Shown: positions 1-8,590, counted from the first letter of the stretch. The stretch: DNA of 64,000 bases from Parcubacteria group bacterium LiPW_30 (GCA_007375595.1 VMEP01000001.1:255883-319882); one strand, 5' to 3'. Numbers and translations: made by a program. Notes: generated by a model not told the origin, from the letters alone.

Positions 1-450
1 GTTGGATTGAAAGATACAGCAAAGACGACTGTTACCGGAATCGAAATGTTCAATAAGACATTGAACGAAGGTATGGCCGGAGACAACGCAGGTATCCTTA
101 TTCGTGGAATAAAGAAAGAGGAAATTACCCGTGGTCAGGTTTTGGCTAAGCCAGGTTCTGTTACACCTCACACAGACTTCGAAGCAGAAGTTTATATCTT
201 GAAGAAGGAAGAAGGAGGTCGTCACACACCATTCTTCTCAGGTTACAAGCCTCAGTTTTATATTCGTACAACGGATGTGACTGGAGACGTGACCCTTCCA
301 GAAGGTGTTGAAATGGTTATGCCTGGAGACACAATGAAATTCAAAGTGAAGCTCGTTGCTCCAGTTGCCCTTGAGGAAAAACAGCGTTTTGCTATCCGTG
401 AGGGAGGTAAGACTGTTGGTGCAGGCGCAGTAACAAAGATTACGGCATAA
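1..450 (+). CDS. tuf: Elongation factor Tu, 3' part (truncated by window start)
   Basis: [26 protein letters not shown] and [13 protein letters not shown] are EF-Tu domain II/III motifs. Confidence 0.98.
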   Translation, partial: VGLKDTAKTTVTGIEMFNKTLNEGMAGDNAGILIRGIKKEEITRGQVLAKPGSVTPHTDFEAEVYILKKEEGGRHTPFFSGYKPQFYIRTTDVTGDVTLPEGVEMVMPGDTMKFKVKLVAPVALEEKQRFAIREGGKTVGAGAVTKITA

Positions 451-454
451 AGAC

Positions 455-548
455 TAGCTATCAGCTTCTAGCTTATAGCTTTTAGAAAATAAGATAGAAT
501 TCTAAATTACTAATGAAGCTAACAAGCTGAAACCTAAAAAGCTAAAAA
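455..548. repeat. Periodic AGCT repeat (T-rich arm then A-rich arm), imperfect hairpin
   Basis: tagctat-cagcttc-tagctta-tagcttt ... aagctaac-aagctgaa-acctaaaa-agctaaaa; similar tracts at 6584, 14267 and 48458. Confidence 0.7.
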
Positions 549-550
549 TA

Positions 551-952
551 ATGGCTCAAACAGAATTAAAAACTAAAAAAGTAGTAGAAAAAAAGGTTGC
601 TTCAAAAACACCTCGTGTTTCTAAAGCTTCAGCGAAAGAAGAGGTTATCACCAAACTTCGCATAAGAGTGCGAGCATATGAGAGTAAAATCCTCGATGCT
701 TCAGTGAAACAAATCATTGATACCGCGCTTCGTTATGATGCGAAACTAGTTGGTCCAATTCCACTTCCTACTGAAATAAAGAAGTACACGGTCAACCGCT
801 CGTCATTCGTCTATAAGAATGCGCGAGAGCAATTCGAGATGAGGATTCACAAGCGAGTAATTGATATTCTTAACCCTTCGGCAAAGATTATCGAAGCGCT
901 CACAAACATGAATCTTCCGTCGGGCGTTGATATTGATGTGAAGATGTTATAA
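551..952 (+). CDS. rpsJ: 30S ribosomal protein S10 with Lys-rich N-terminal extension
   Basis: LRIRVRAYE, GPIPLPT, REQFEMRIHKR. Confidence 0.97.
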   Translation: MAQTELKTKKVVEKKVASKTPRVSKASAKEEVITKLRIRVRAYESKILDASVKQIIDTALRYDAKLVGPIPLPTEIKKYTVNRSSFVYKNAREQFEMRIHKRVIDILNPSAKIIEALTNMNLPSGVDIDVKML

Positions 953-971
953 AAACTGGAAAGCCAGTTTA

Positions 972-1006
972 AACAAAAAATCCCCAACATCAGGGGATTT
1001 TTTGTT
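972..1006 (+). terminator. Intrinsic terminator after rpsJ
   Basis: aacaaaaaatcccc-aacatca-ggggattttttgtt. Confidence 0.85.
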
Positions 1007-1117
1007 GTGTGTGGCTTTGTTTTCCCATACTGTCTCCGCTTTTGCCTTTAAAAACATTGCGTAATTTTTTTGGATCTTCCTAAAATCAAGACTTTTTCTT
1101 CTGAATTTTAATACTCC

Positions 1118-1207
1118 AAAATACCTCCAAAAAACATTGCGCAGTGCGGCGGCACGAGCATAGTAAATTTTCAGCAGAAAATTATACGTGTTTTTAGGAG
1201 GTATTTT
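1118..1207. repeat. Modular MITE/REP-like element with inverted ends
   Basis: AAAATACCTCCAAAAAACA...TGTTTTTAGGAGGTATTTT; internal AATTTTC-AGCA-GAAAATT hairpin; homologous to 54943-55121 and 23534-23668. Confidence 0.8.
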
Positions 1208-1270
1208 AAAAAAGAGAAATAATGTGTTTTTAGAAGTAAAAGCTAAAAAAAGAAATAATTTACTTATTTG

Positions 1271-1298
1271 TTGCATTTTTTATTGGCTTCTGTATAAT
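1271..1298 (+). promoter_or_regulatory. sigma70-type promoter for rplC
   Basis: TTGCAT-N16-TATAAT. Confidence 0.7.
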
Positions 1299-1304
1299 CC
1301 CCGT

Positions 1305-1420
1305 TACTCTTCATTGAGTAGATCTAAGTCCCCGCCAGTTCACGAATTGGCCGTTTCTGGGGACCAATGGACAATCACCCCGCTTTGGTGAAGTCCATTG
1401 CGGTTTTTTTATTGCAAAAA
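1305..1420 (+). promoter_or_regulatory. Structured 5' leader of rplC (candidate r-protein regulatory leader)
   Basis: GTCCCC(1328)/GGGGAC(1359) and CAATGGAC(1365)/GTCCATTG(1393) stems followed by a T-run. Confidence 0.5.
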
Positions 1421-2050
1421 ATGAAATTCCTTTTGGGTATAAAAAAGAATATGGAACAGTTTTTCTCCGAAGACGGGAGAGCTTTTGCAGTGACTATCGT
1501 TTCTGCAACCCCTCTTACCGTTACGAGAACTAAAACAGCAAAGTCTGATGGTTATTCCGCTGTACAGGTTGGTCACGGAGAAAAACGCGAAAAACTTCTT
1601 TCAAAGGCTGAGTTAGGTCAGAGAAAAGGTTTTGCTAATTTTCGTAAATTGAAAGAATTCAGAATGCCAGAAGAAAAACTTGGTGAATACAAGGCTGGCG
1701 ATATGCTTGATGTTTCTCAGTTTGAAGTCGGCGATAAGATTGCCGTCTCCGGTGTTTCAAAAGGAAAAGGATTCCAAGGAGTTGTGAAGCGTCACGGATT
1801 TCACGGAGGACGCCGTTCTCACGGACAAAAGCACTCAGAGCGTGAACCAGGTGCTATTGGTGGTTCTGGTGGTCGCGCTGGAGGTCGTGTTGCAAAAGGT
1901 ATCCGTATGGCTGGTAGAATGGGTTCTGACCGTGTTACGGTTAAAAACCTTATGGTTGCCGCTATTGATAAAGAGAACAACACAATTTTAATTAAGGGAG
2001 CTCTTCCAGGGAAACCAGGAACACTTCTTGAAATTAGAAAAATTTCATAA
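1421..2050 (+). CDS. rplC: 50S ribosomal protein L3 (start moved to ATG 1421)
   Basis: MKFLLGIKKNM, DGYSAVQVG, SKGKGFQGVVKRHGF, MAGRMG. Confidence 0.97.
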   Translation: MKFLLGIKKNMEQFFSEDGRAFAVTIVSATPLTVTRTKTAKSDGYSAVQVGHGEKREKLLSKAELGQRKGFANFRKLKEFRMPEEKLGEYKAGDMLDVSQFEVGDKIAVSGVSKGKGFQGVVKRHGFHGGRRSHGQKHSEREPGAIGGSGGRAGGRVAKGIRMAGRMGSDRVTVKNLMVAAIDKENNTILIKGALPGKPGTLLEIRKIS

Positions 2051-2055
2051 AAATC

Positions 2056-2796
2056 ATGGAAAAGTCTAAAACACAAAAGAATAAGGTAGCTACGGCTAAA
2101 GAAAGCGTTAAGAAAGTACGCCCTCTAGTTGATATGAACGCAAAGGTCTACAACCAAGACGGGAAAGATGCTGGCACAGTCGAACTTCCAAAGACTGTTT
2201 TTGATGTTAAGTGGAATGATGATTTGGTTCATCAGGTTATGCTTTCAATGCAGTCTAACGCTCGCGCTGGTACAGCTCACACTAAAAACAGAGGAGATGT
2301 ACGCGGAGGTGGTAAGAAACCTTGGGCACAGAAAGGAACCGGTCGCGCACGACACGGCTCTTCAAGAAGCCCTATTTGGCGTGGTGGTGGTGTGACATTT
2401 GGTCCACGTGCTGAGAAAAACTATGATCGTAAGATAAACAAGAAGATGAAGGTTAAGGCGCTTTACACTGTTTTGTCGAGGAAATTTAGAGATGGTGAAA
2501 TTCTTTTTGTTGATACATTTAAACTAGCTTCTCCAAAAACAAAAGAAGCAAAAGTTATTTTTGAAAAAATAGTAGCAGGAGCAAAGCTCACAAAGACAAC
2601 AATGAAGAAGCGAAATACTGCATATCTTGCACTTGGAGCAAAAGATGTTCAGGTAGAAAAGAGTTTCCGCAATCTTCCAAATCTTGAGACAGGTAATGTT
2701 CGCGATTTGAACCTACTTTCTTTACTTAATCACCGTTACATTATAATTTCCGAACCAAAAGAAAGTATTTCGTTTTTGTCGGCAAAGATTAAATAA
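2056..2796 (+). CDS. rplD: 50S ribosomal protein L4
   Basis: TKNRGDVRGGGKKPWAQKGTGRARHGS. Confidence 0.98.
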   Translation: MEKSKTQKNKVATAKESVKKVRPLVDMNAKVYNQDGKDAGTVELPKTVFDVKWNDDLVHQVMLSMQSNARAGTAHTKNRGDVRGGGKKPWAQKGTGRARHGSSRSPIWRGGGVTFGPRAEKNYDRKINKKMKVKALYTVLSRKFRDGEILFVDTFKLASPKTKEAKVIFEKIVAGAKLTKTTMKKRNTAYLALGAKDVQVEKSFRNLPNLETGNVRDLNLLSLLNHRYIIISEPKESISFLSAKIK

Positions 2797-2801
2797 AATA
2801 T

Positions 2802-3158
2802 ATGGCACGAACAGCAAAAAAAGAAGAAGTTAAAGGAATCGCAGTTAAGGCGAGAGTCCAGCCTGTTGCTAAGCAGGCGAAAAATACTGGTGCATATACC
2901 CTTGTTCGCCCACACATCACAGAGAAAGCATCTTTCCTTACTTCTTCAAACGTATATACACTTGTGGTTCCAGTTGAAATGAATAAAAAAGAAATTTCAA
3001 AAGTTGTTGAGAAATTATACAAAGTTAAATCCGTTAAAATCACAACAGCTCCTATTAAGAAGAAGAATATTTTCAATCGCGGAAAGTGGGGCACAAAAGG
3101 AGGTGGGAAAAAAGCTTATGTGTTTTTGAAAAAGGGCGATTCAATTGATTTTGCATAA
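2802..3158 (+). CDS. rplW: 50S ribosomal protein L23
   Basis: RPHITEKA, KKAYVFLKKG; position in the S10 cluster. Confidence 0.95.
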   Translation: MARTAKKEEVKGIAVKARVQPVAKQAKNTGAYTLVRPHITEKASFLTSSNVYTLVVPVEMNKKEISKVVEKLYKVKSVKITTAPIKKKNIFNRGKWGTKGGGKKAYVFLKKGDSIDFA

Positions 3159-3168
3159 TTAAACTATT

Positions 3169-4011
3169 ATGAAAACCTACAAACCAACATCACCATCAAG
3201 AAGAAGCATGACAGGCGTAGTATATCGCAATGTTATCACCCATACAGAGCCATTAAAAGCTCTTACCAAGGGTCGCAAGCGAGATAGTGGACGCAACTCT
3301 GCTGGACGCATTACCACTCGCCATAAAGGAGGTGGGCACAAAAGACTCTATCGTGATATAGATTTTAAATATAATAAATTTGATATTCCAGCAAAGATTG
3401 CGAGCGTTGAATACGATCCAAACCGCACTGGTTTTATAGGTCTCGCTGTTTATAAAGACGGAGAGAAGCGTTATGTGCTTTTACCTAAATCTGTTGGAGT
3501 AGGTAACTCTTTTATCGTTAGTGAAACTGCATCGATAACCCCAGGAAATCGCATGCCACTCAAACAAGTTCCTGTTGGTACTTTTGTTTACAACGTTGAA
3601 CTAAAACCAAAGGGTGGTTCAAAAATTGCGCGCGGGGCTGGTGTTTATGTGGAAGTTGTTGCAAACAACGACGGTTACACGCACTTAAAAATGCCATCTA
3701 CAGAAGTTCGAAAAGTTTCTGATAAATGTTACGCATGTATCGGGCAGGTTTCAAACGAAGAACACGGACTTGTAAAAATAGGAAAAGCAGGACGTTCTCG
3801 ATGGATGGGTATTCGCCCAACAGTTCGTGGAACAGCTATGAACCCTGTTGATCACCCACACGGTGGAGGTGAAGGACGCCAAGGACGCGGTCTTCGACGT
3901 GCAAAGAGCAAGTGGGGCAAGCCAACAGGCAAGGGCCAAAAGACACGCGCACCTAAAAAATATTCAAACGTCTTTATTGTTTCAAGACGTAAAGTTGGAA
4001 AGAAACGATAA
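3169..4011 (+). CDS. rplB: 50S ribosomal protein L2
   Basis: EYDPNR, RPTVRGTAMNPVDHPHGGGEG. Confidence 0.98.
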   Translation: MKTYKPTSPSRRSMTGVVYRNVITHTEPLKALTKGRKRDSGRNSAGRITTRHKGGGHKRLYRDIDFKYNKFDIPAKIASVEYDPNRTGFIGLAVYKDGEKRYVLLPKSVGVGNSFIVSETASITPGNRMPLKQVPVGTFVYNVELKPKGGSKIARGAGVYVEVVANNDGYTHLKMPSTEVRKVSDKCYACIGQVSNEEHGLVKIGKAGRSRWMGIRPTVRGTAMNPVDHPHGGGEGRQGRGLRRAKSKWGKPTGKGQKTRAPKKYSNVFIVSRRKVGKKR

Positions 4012-4027
4012 TAATATAGCTATAAAC

Positions 4028-4057
4028 AAAAAATCTCGTCACATGGCGAGATTTTTT
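4028..4057 (+). terminator. Intrinsic terminator after rplB
   Basis: aaaaaatctcg-tcacatgg-cgagatttttt. Confidence 0.85.
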
Positions 4058-4064
4058 ATTACGA

Positions 4065-4142
4065 GTTTACTTTTATCTTTACGGGTATAGTATTTCTCTT
4101 AGTTTACTTCTTTAATTTTTTGGCGGAGGAATCATGTCAAGA
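4065..4142 (+). repeat. Promoter-RBS-start block, copy 1
   Basis: TTTACT-N16-TAGTAT...GGAGG-AATC-ATGTCAAGA; near-identical to 5082-5158. Confidence 0.9.
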
Positions 4143-4550
4143 GAATCAGATGGCATCCTTTTTTCAGCAGTGTGCGGACATTGCGGCGAGTGTTGGGATG
4201 ATCATGAAAATCCGTATCAGTATGGTTGGACGGAAGACATGATGAAACAACGTCAGCCTGGCTTTAAAAAGTCGCTTTATGATTGCCCGGGGTTTCAGGT
4301 CAGAAAGATTGATTTGCCAGACATCATACTTGTTTCTGCAAGACGATTGTTTTTTGGAGAACCCCAATTACCTGTTTTTTGGAAATATCCCGGAATCAAG
4401 TCTGCCGCCGAGCACTGCTTGAAACAAAATCAAGCGAAGTGGGATTCGGCCGAAAGGAAACAGCGGTGGTCAATGTATAGTGACTGTGTGGTCCTTATTG
4501 GCGTTAACCCCAAGACAGGAACATCTGTCGTTGTTGATTGTGGTAGCTGA
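4134..4550 (+). CDS. Hypothetical Cys-rich protein
   Basis: 138-aa ORF with GGAGG SD, its own promoter and a downstream terminator; CGHCGEC motif. Confidence 0.75.
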   Translation: MSRESDGILFSAVCGHCGECWDDHENPYQYGWTEDMMKQRQPGFKKSLYDCPGFQVRKIDLPDIILVSARRLFFGEPQLPVFWKYPGIKSAAEHCLKQNQAKWDSAERKQRWSMYSDCVVLIGVNPKTGTSVVVDCGS

Positions 4551-4722
4551 TAAGCCAATTATTGTGTACAAGGTCAGATTTCCGGACGAGTAGTTCGTCG
4601 GTGTAAGATAATCGGCGCAGGGTTCTCACCCCGCGCCGATTTTTATTTTACCAAAGGAAACTTACTTGGTCGTTTACAATTTTTTCAAGATTGCGTAGTA
4701 TCACACATAGAGGGAAAGTTCG

Positions 4723-5016
4723 ATGTTTTCTTACTGGGGGATTTCACCAGTGGACGACAAATTTAAACTGTTTCATGAGATTTCTCGGTTTTTACGTACC
4801 GCCCCACAGCCTGCAGTGATTGCGTGGAGAGAAGGGTGGAGCAAAATTACCCTACATCCCGACGGGTTTGAGTCGTGGGATTCGTGTGGGTGTTGTACAA
4901 CTGGATACTCTCCGGGGTGGTATTGCGAAAATCCCAAGGGGTCTTACCGTTGGATCTGTGGTCCCAAAGGAGAGAGCGTCAAAGGAAAAGCCCCAGAAGG
5001 ACTTTGTTGTTTGTGA
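4723..5016 (+). CDS. Hypothetical Cys/Trp-rich small protein
   Basis: 97-aa ORF with GAGGG SD, a TAGTAT -10 upstream and a hairpin with T-run downstream. Confidence 0.65.
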   Translation: MFSYWGISPVDDKFKLFHEISRFLRTAPQPAVIAWREGWSKITLHPDGFESWDSCGCCTTGYSPGWYCENPKGSYRWICGPKGESVKGKAPEGLCCL

Positions 5017-5081
5017 AAACCTGGGTGACTAAAATAAAAACCTGCAAAACCATCTCGGTCCTGCAGGTTTTTCTGTTATGG

Positions 5082-5158
5082 GTTTACTTTTATTCCTGCT
5101 GGTATAGTATTTCTCTTAGTTTACTTCTTTAATTTTTGGCGGAGGAATCATGTCAAGA
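5082..5158 (+). repeat. Promoter-RBS-start block, copy 2
   Basis: 5101-5158 is identical to 4084-4142 apart from one T in a T-run. Confidence 0.9.
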
Positions 5159-5398
5159 CTGAGAATTACAAGCGCCCGGGTGCTTGCGAAGATTGCTGGT
5201 CCAGAATGTGGAATTCATTGTCAGGTCAGAATCACTGCACCACTCAACAGTGTTTTTCAGGGAATTACTGCACCAAGTCTCTGGTTGGCAGAAGTGAGCA
5301 GACTTTTCCCCGAAATTCCAGAAAACCATCTTTCCATGGCGCCTGACGATAGTTTCGCTGTGCTCGCGGACCGTATCGCCGAGTACTTGAATCGCTGA
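5150..5398 (+). CDS. Hypothetical protein
   Basis: 82-aa ORF behind the duplicated promoter and SD; terminator at 5426-5449. Confidence 0.7.
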   Translation: MSRLRITSARVLAKIAGPECGIHCQVRITAPLNSVFQGITAPSLWLAEVSRLFPEIPENHLSMAPDDSFAVLADRIAEYLNR

Positions 5399-5425
5399 CG
5401 AATAACTTCGCCAGAAGAATGAAAG

Positions 5426-5449
5426 AAGCCCTGCGCATGCGCAGGGCTT
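5426..5449. terminator. Probable bidirectional terminator
   Basis: Perfect 24-bp palindrome AAGCCCTGCGCATGCGCAGGGCTT with A/T flanks. Confidence 0.7.
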
Positions 5450-5713
5450 TGTTTGTAGGTGGCCCCGCCGATCGGGGCAGACCTCCTGGTATCTCGTCTG
5501 ATCTAGCTCTCCTTGCTTGGCCGTGCAAGTATGATGCCTGTCGTTTTGACGAGCGGACAACGCCCACCGGAGTGGCGTATTCCAGGGTGAGGGACATGAT
5601 TACAACGACTTGCCTCCTTTACTCATATCCTAAGTCCGATTAGGGAGCAGCATACATCGAGGGGAATATGTGGGCGGGGCGCCCGACGACCCCAAGATTA
5701 GTCACCAAGTCCT
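5450..5713 (-). ncRNA. Candidate structured ncRNA of unknown family
   Basis: Minus-strand TTGTCA-N17-TAATAT promoter (5748-5720), dense nested stems, ends at the 5426-5449 hairpin. Confidence 0.45.
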
Positions 5714-5741
5714 TTTTCGATATTATCTGGTTTAGTCTGGT

Positions 5742-5769
5742 TTGACAATGGTTTTTCTTCTGATAATAT
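5742..5769 (+). promoter_or_regulatory. sigma70 promoter for the rpsS unit, overlapping a divergent promoter
   Basis: TTGACA-N16-TAATAT. Confidence 0.7.
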
Positions 5770-5831
5770 GCACGACAAGCTCACTTGGGCTGTTTTTGTT
5801 TGTTTTTCATTAATTATACTAATTACTACAA

Positions 5832-6176
5832 ATGACCAGGTCACTAAAAAAAGGACCATACGTTGATCCACGCCTTCTAAAAAAGATAGAAGGTAAAAAA
5901 CCACTTGAAGCTGGGGTTATTAAGACTTGGTCACGACCATGCCAAATTTCTCCGGAGATGGTTGGTTTTACTTTTGGTGTACATAATGGAAAGAGCCATA
6001 TTGAAGTTTTGGTTACAGAAGATATGGTTGGACATCGCCTAGGTGAATTTTCTCCAACAAAGAAATTCGTAAGACACGGAGGTAAAATGCAGAAAGAGCT
6101 TGAACAGAAGAAGAAACAAGCGGAAATTTCTGCCGCACAGTCTGCTAAGGCAACCGCCGGTGATAAAAAGAAATAA
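5832..6176 (+). CDS. rpsS: 30S ribosomal protein S19
   Basis: [22 protein letters not shown]. Confidence 0.98.
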   Translation: MTRSLKKGPYVDPRLLKKIEGKKPLEAGVIKTWSRPCQISPEMVGFTFGVHNGKSHIEVLVTEDMVGHRLGEFSPTKKFVRHGGKMQKELEQKKKQAEISAAQSAKATAGDKKK

Positions 6177-6181
6177 AAAAT

Positions 6182-6604
6182 ATGAAAGCTGCACTTACAA
6201 ATTATCGCCAATCACCAAGAAAGGTTAGACTCGTAACTGATTTGGTAAAAGGAAAAAGCGTTGAGCAGGCAATTGCGTTGCTTACTTTTTCTGGGAAAAG
6301 AGCAGGAGACCCAATCCAAAAGCTAATCCGTTCAGCAATAGCAAATGCTAAAACTAACAACAAAGCTGAGGGTGAACTTTTCATAAAAGAATTTCGTGTT
6401 GACGAAGGGGTAACTCTTAAGCGTTCAATGCCTCGCGCTCGTGGTTCGGCTTTTCCAATTAAGAAACGCCAGAGCCATATTTTATTGGTTCTCGGGGAGC
6501 GAGGAGTTGTAGAGCCAAAAGAGGCAAAGAAGACCACCGCTTCAGTTAAAAAAACAGAGAAATCTGAAAAAAGTATTACTAAGAAGCTAAAAGCTAAAAG
6601 CTAA
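6182..6604 (+). CDS. rplV: 50S ribosomal protein L22
   Basis: RQSPRKVRLV, PRARGSA, SHI. Confidence 0.97.
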   Translation: MKAALTNYRQSPRKVRLVTDLVKGKSVEQAIALLTFSGKRAGDPIQKLIRSAIANAKTNNKAEGELFIKEFRVDEGVTLKRSMPRARGSAFPIKKRQSHILLVLGERGVVEPKEAKKTTASVKKTEKSEKSITKKLKAKS

Positions 6605-6618
6605 AAGCTGTTATTATC

Positions 6619-7299
6619 ATGACTCACGTTGTCCATCCATACGCACATAGAATAGGAATTTTAAGAGACTGGAAGTCTCGCTGGTTCGCAACGCTAGGTG
6701 GGAAATACAGTACCCTTTTACGTGGAGATGTTTTACTACGCGAGTATCTTGAAAAGAAACTCCGTGGTTTTTATATTGATTCTATTGATATTGAAAGAAG
6801 TCCAAAAACATTGCGTTTAAATATTAGAACATCACGTCCAGGAATGGTTATCGGCAGAAGCGGGGAAGGTTCAACTCGTTTACGAAACGATATAGTTGCT
6901 TTCATGAGAAAGAACAAGCTTGAAACTCCTGGTGAGCTAAAAATTGATATTGAAGAGGTTTCGTCTCCGGAAACAAGCGCAGCTATTGTTTCTTATATGG
7001 TTGCTGAAGCTCTTGAAAAACGCCTACCATTCCGCCGTGTTTTGAAACAGACAGTTGAAAAGGTTATGGCAAACCGCGATGTGAAAGGTGTTAAGGTTGC
7101 TTTGTCCGGTCGCTTAGGTGGAGCTGATATGGCAAGACGAGAGCACTTGAAGAGAGGCGGAATTCCACTTCAGACAATGCGCGCTGATATCGATTTTTAT
7201 CGAGAAAAAGCCCATCTTCCATATGGTGATATCGGTATTAAAGTTTGGATTTATAAAGGCGAAATTTTTGCTAAGGATAAGGATCAGGAGAAAAAATAA
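6619..7299 (+). CDS. rpsC: 30S ribosomal protein S3
   Basis: RPGMVIGR, SGRLGGADMAR, PLQTMRADID, GIKVWIY. Confidence 0.98.
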   Translation: MTHVVHPYAHRIGILRDWKSRWFATLGGKYSTLLRGDVLLREYLEKKLRGFYIDSIDIERSPKTLRLNIRTSRPGMVIGRSGEGSTRLRNDIVAFMRKNKLETPGELKIDIEEVSSPETSAAIVSYMVAEALEKRLPFRRVLKQTVEKVMANRDVKGVKVALSGRLGGADMARREHLKRGGIPLQTMRADIDFYREKAHLPYGDIGIKVWIYKGEIFAKDKDQEKK

Positions 7300-7311
7300 C
7301 CCAATAAATTT

Positions 7312-7740
7312 ATGTTATTCCCTAAAAAAGTTAAATACCGAAAGTGGCAGACAACTAGAAAGAATCCTGCTAAGTTAAAGGTGGAGACACGTGGTCTTTC
7401 TCTTTCGTATGGAGCTTTTGGGTTAAAGGCCCAGACCGAGGCTCGTGTAGATAGTAAGCAGATCGAAGCGGCAAGACGCGCAATGTCACGCGCCCTTGGT
7501 AAAACTGGCCGTATTTGGATCCGTATCTTCCCCGACCGCCCAGTTACCGCAAAGGCGGCTGAAGTTCCTATGGGTAAAGGAAAAGGAGACCCAAAGGGGT
7601 ATTGTTTCCAGGTTAAACCAGGAAGGATTTTGTTTGAGGTTGATGGTGTAGTAGAATCAGTCGCGCGCGAGGCCCTACGTAAGGGTGGTACAAAACTTCC
7701 ACTTAAGACAAAGTTTATGAGTCGCGCTGGAATGTTTTAA
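7312..7740 (+). CDS. rplP: 50S ribosomal protein L16
   Basis: PKKVKYRK, WIRIFPD, MGKGKG. Confidence 0.98.
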   Translation: MLFPKKVKYRKWQTTRKNPAKLKVETRGLSLSYGAFGLKAQTEARVDSKQIEAARRAMSRALGKTGRIWIRIFPDRPVTAKAAEVPMGKGKGDPKGYCFQVKPGRILFEVDGVVESVAREALRKGGTKLPLKTKFMSRAGMF

Positions 7741-7750
7741 TTATATTTTT

Positions 7751-7948
7751 ATGAAAGATTTAAAAACAAAAAAAGACGAAGACCTAAAGAAACTTCTTGT
7801 TGAGAAACAAGATGCTTTGAGAGCTTTTCGCCTCGGTCTTTCTGGAAGTAAGATTAAGAATGTAAAAGAAGGAGCAGAGATAAAAAAAGATATCGCGCGC
7901 ATCATGACCGAAGTTTCAAGTCGCCGAATTGCAGTTATCGCCAAATAA
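7751..7948 (+). CDS. rpmC: 50S ribosomal protein L29
   Basis: [10 protein letters not shown]; position. Confidence 0.93.
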   Translation: MKDLKTKKDEDLKKLLVEKQDALRAFRLGLSGSKIKNVKEGAEIKKDIARIMTEVSSRRIAVIAK

Positions 7949-7956
7949 ATATTTAT

Positions 7957-8211
7957 ATGACAAAAGCTACTGAACAAAAGAATAAGAAAGTACTAAAGGG
8001 GAAAGTTGTCTCTGATAAAATGGGTAAGACTGTGGTTGTTCTTATTGAGCGATATGTAAAGCACCCTAAGTATGGTAAGTTTATGAACCTAACAAAGCGT
8101 TACAAGGCACATGATGAGACAAACGCCTTCAAGGTTGGAGATGTGGTCGAAATAGAAGAAACTAGACCTATGTCTAAGGATAAGTGTTTCGTGGTCCGCA
8201 CAACAAAATAA
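7957..8211 (+). CDS. rpsQ: 30S ribosomal protein S17
   Basis: [27 protein letters not shown]. Confidence 0.97.
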   Translation: MTKATEQKNKKVLKGKVVSDKMGKTVVVLIERYVKHPKYGKFMNLTKRYKAHDETNAFKVGDVVEIEETRPMSKDKCFVVRTTK

Positions 8212-8215
8212 TTTT

Positions 8216-8584
8216 ATGATACAAGATGGCACAGTAGTAAAAGTTACAGATAACTCCGGAGCAAAAATCGGAAAGGTTTTCAAAGTGCTCGGTGGTTCAA
8301 AGAGACGATACGCGCAAATCGGAGATCTTGTTGTACTTTCAATCAAGATTGCAGAACCACGTAAGGCAACAAAGAAAAAAGATGTTGTTAAGGGTGTTGT
8401 TGTTCGCCAGCGAAAGCCTTTCAAGCGTAAGGATGGTTCTTATATTTCTTTTGATGACACAGCCGTTGTTCTTGTTGACGATAAGGGAGAGCCAAAGGCA
8501 GGACGTGTTTTCGGACCAATTCCTCGAGAGATTGGGGAGCGTGGTTATCAGAAGATTGTTTCGCTTGCGCCTGAGGTTATATAG
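8216..8584 (+). CDS. rplN: 50S ribosomal protein L14
   Basis: DNSGAK, RVFGPIPRE, SLAPEV. Confidence 0.98.
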   Translation: MIQDGTVVKVTDNSGAKIGKVFKVLGGSKRRYAQIGDLVVLSIKIAEPRKATKKKDVVKGVVVRQRKPFKRKDGSYISFDDTAVVLVDDKGEPKAGRVFGPIPREIGERGYQKIVSLAPEVI

Positions 8585-8590
8585 AAAAAT

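Noticed and set aside
947-1391. Track ORFs 947-1276 and 1188-1391, and similar ones at 23596, 31111-31488, 39945-40315 and 57982
   Set aside because: They run across terminators, repeat elements or RNA genes and have no protein-like features
5265-5597. 110-aa minus-strand ORF with AAAGGAGG upstream
   Set aside because: The SD is about 15 nt from the ATG, and the ORF runs through a terminator and overlaps ORF 5150 antisense; a short or decayed gene is not fully excluded
5450-5713. RNase P RNA as the identity of the structured region (GGAGGCAAGTC and ACAAAGCCCTGCGCAT resemble CR-I and CR-V)
   Set aside because: The two segments cannot form the P4 helix, so the resemblance is not enough
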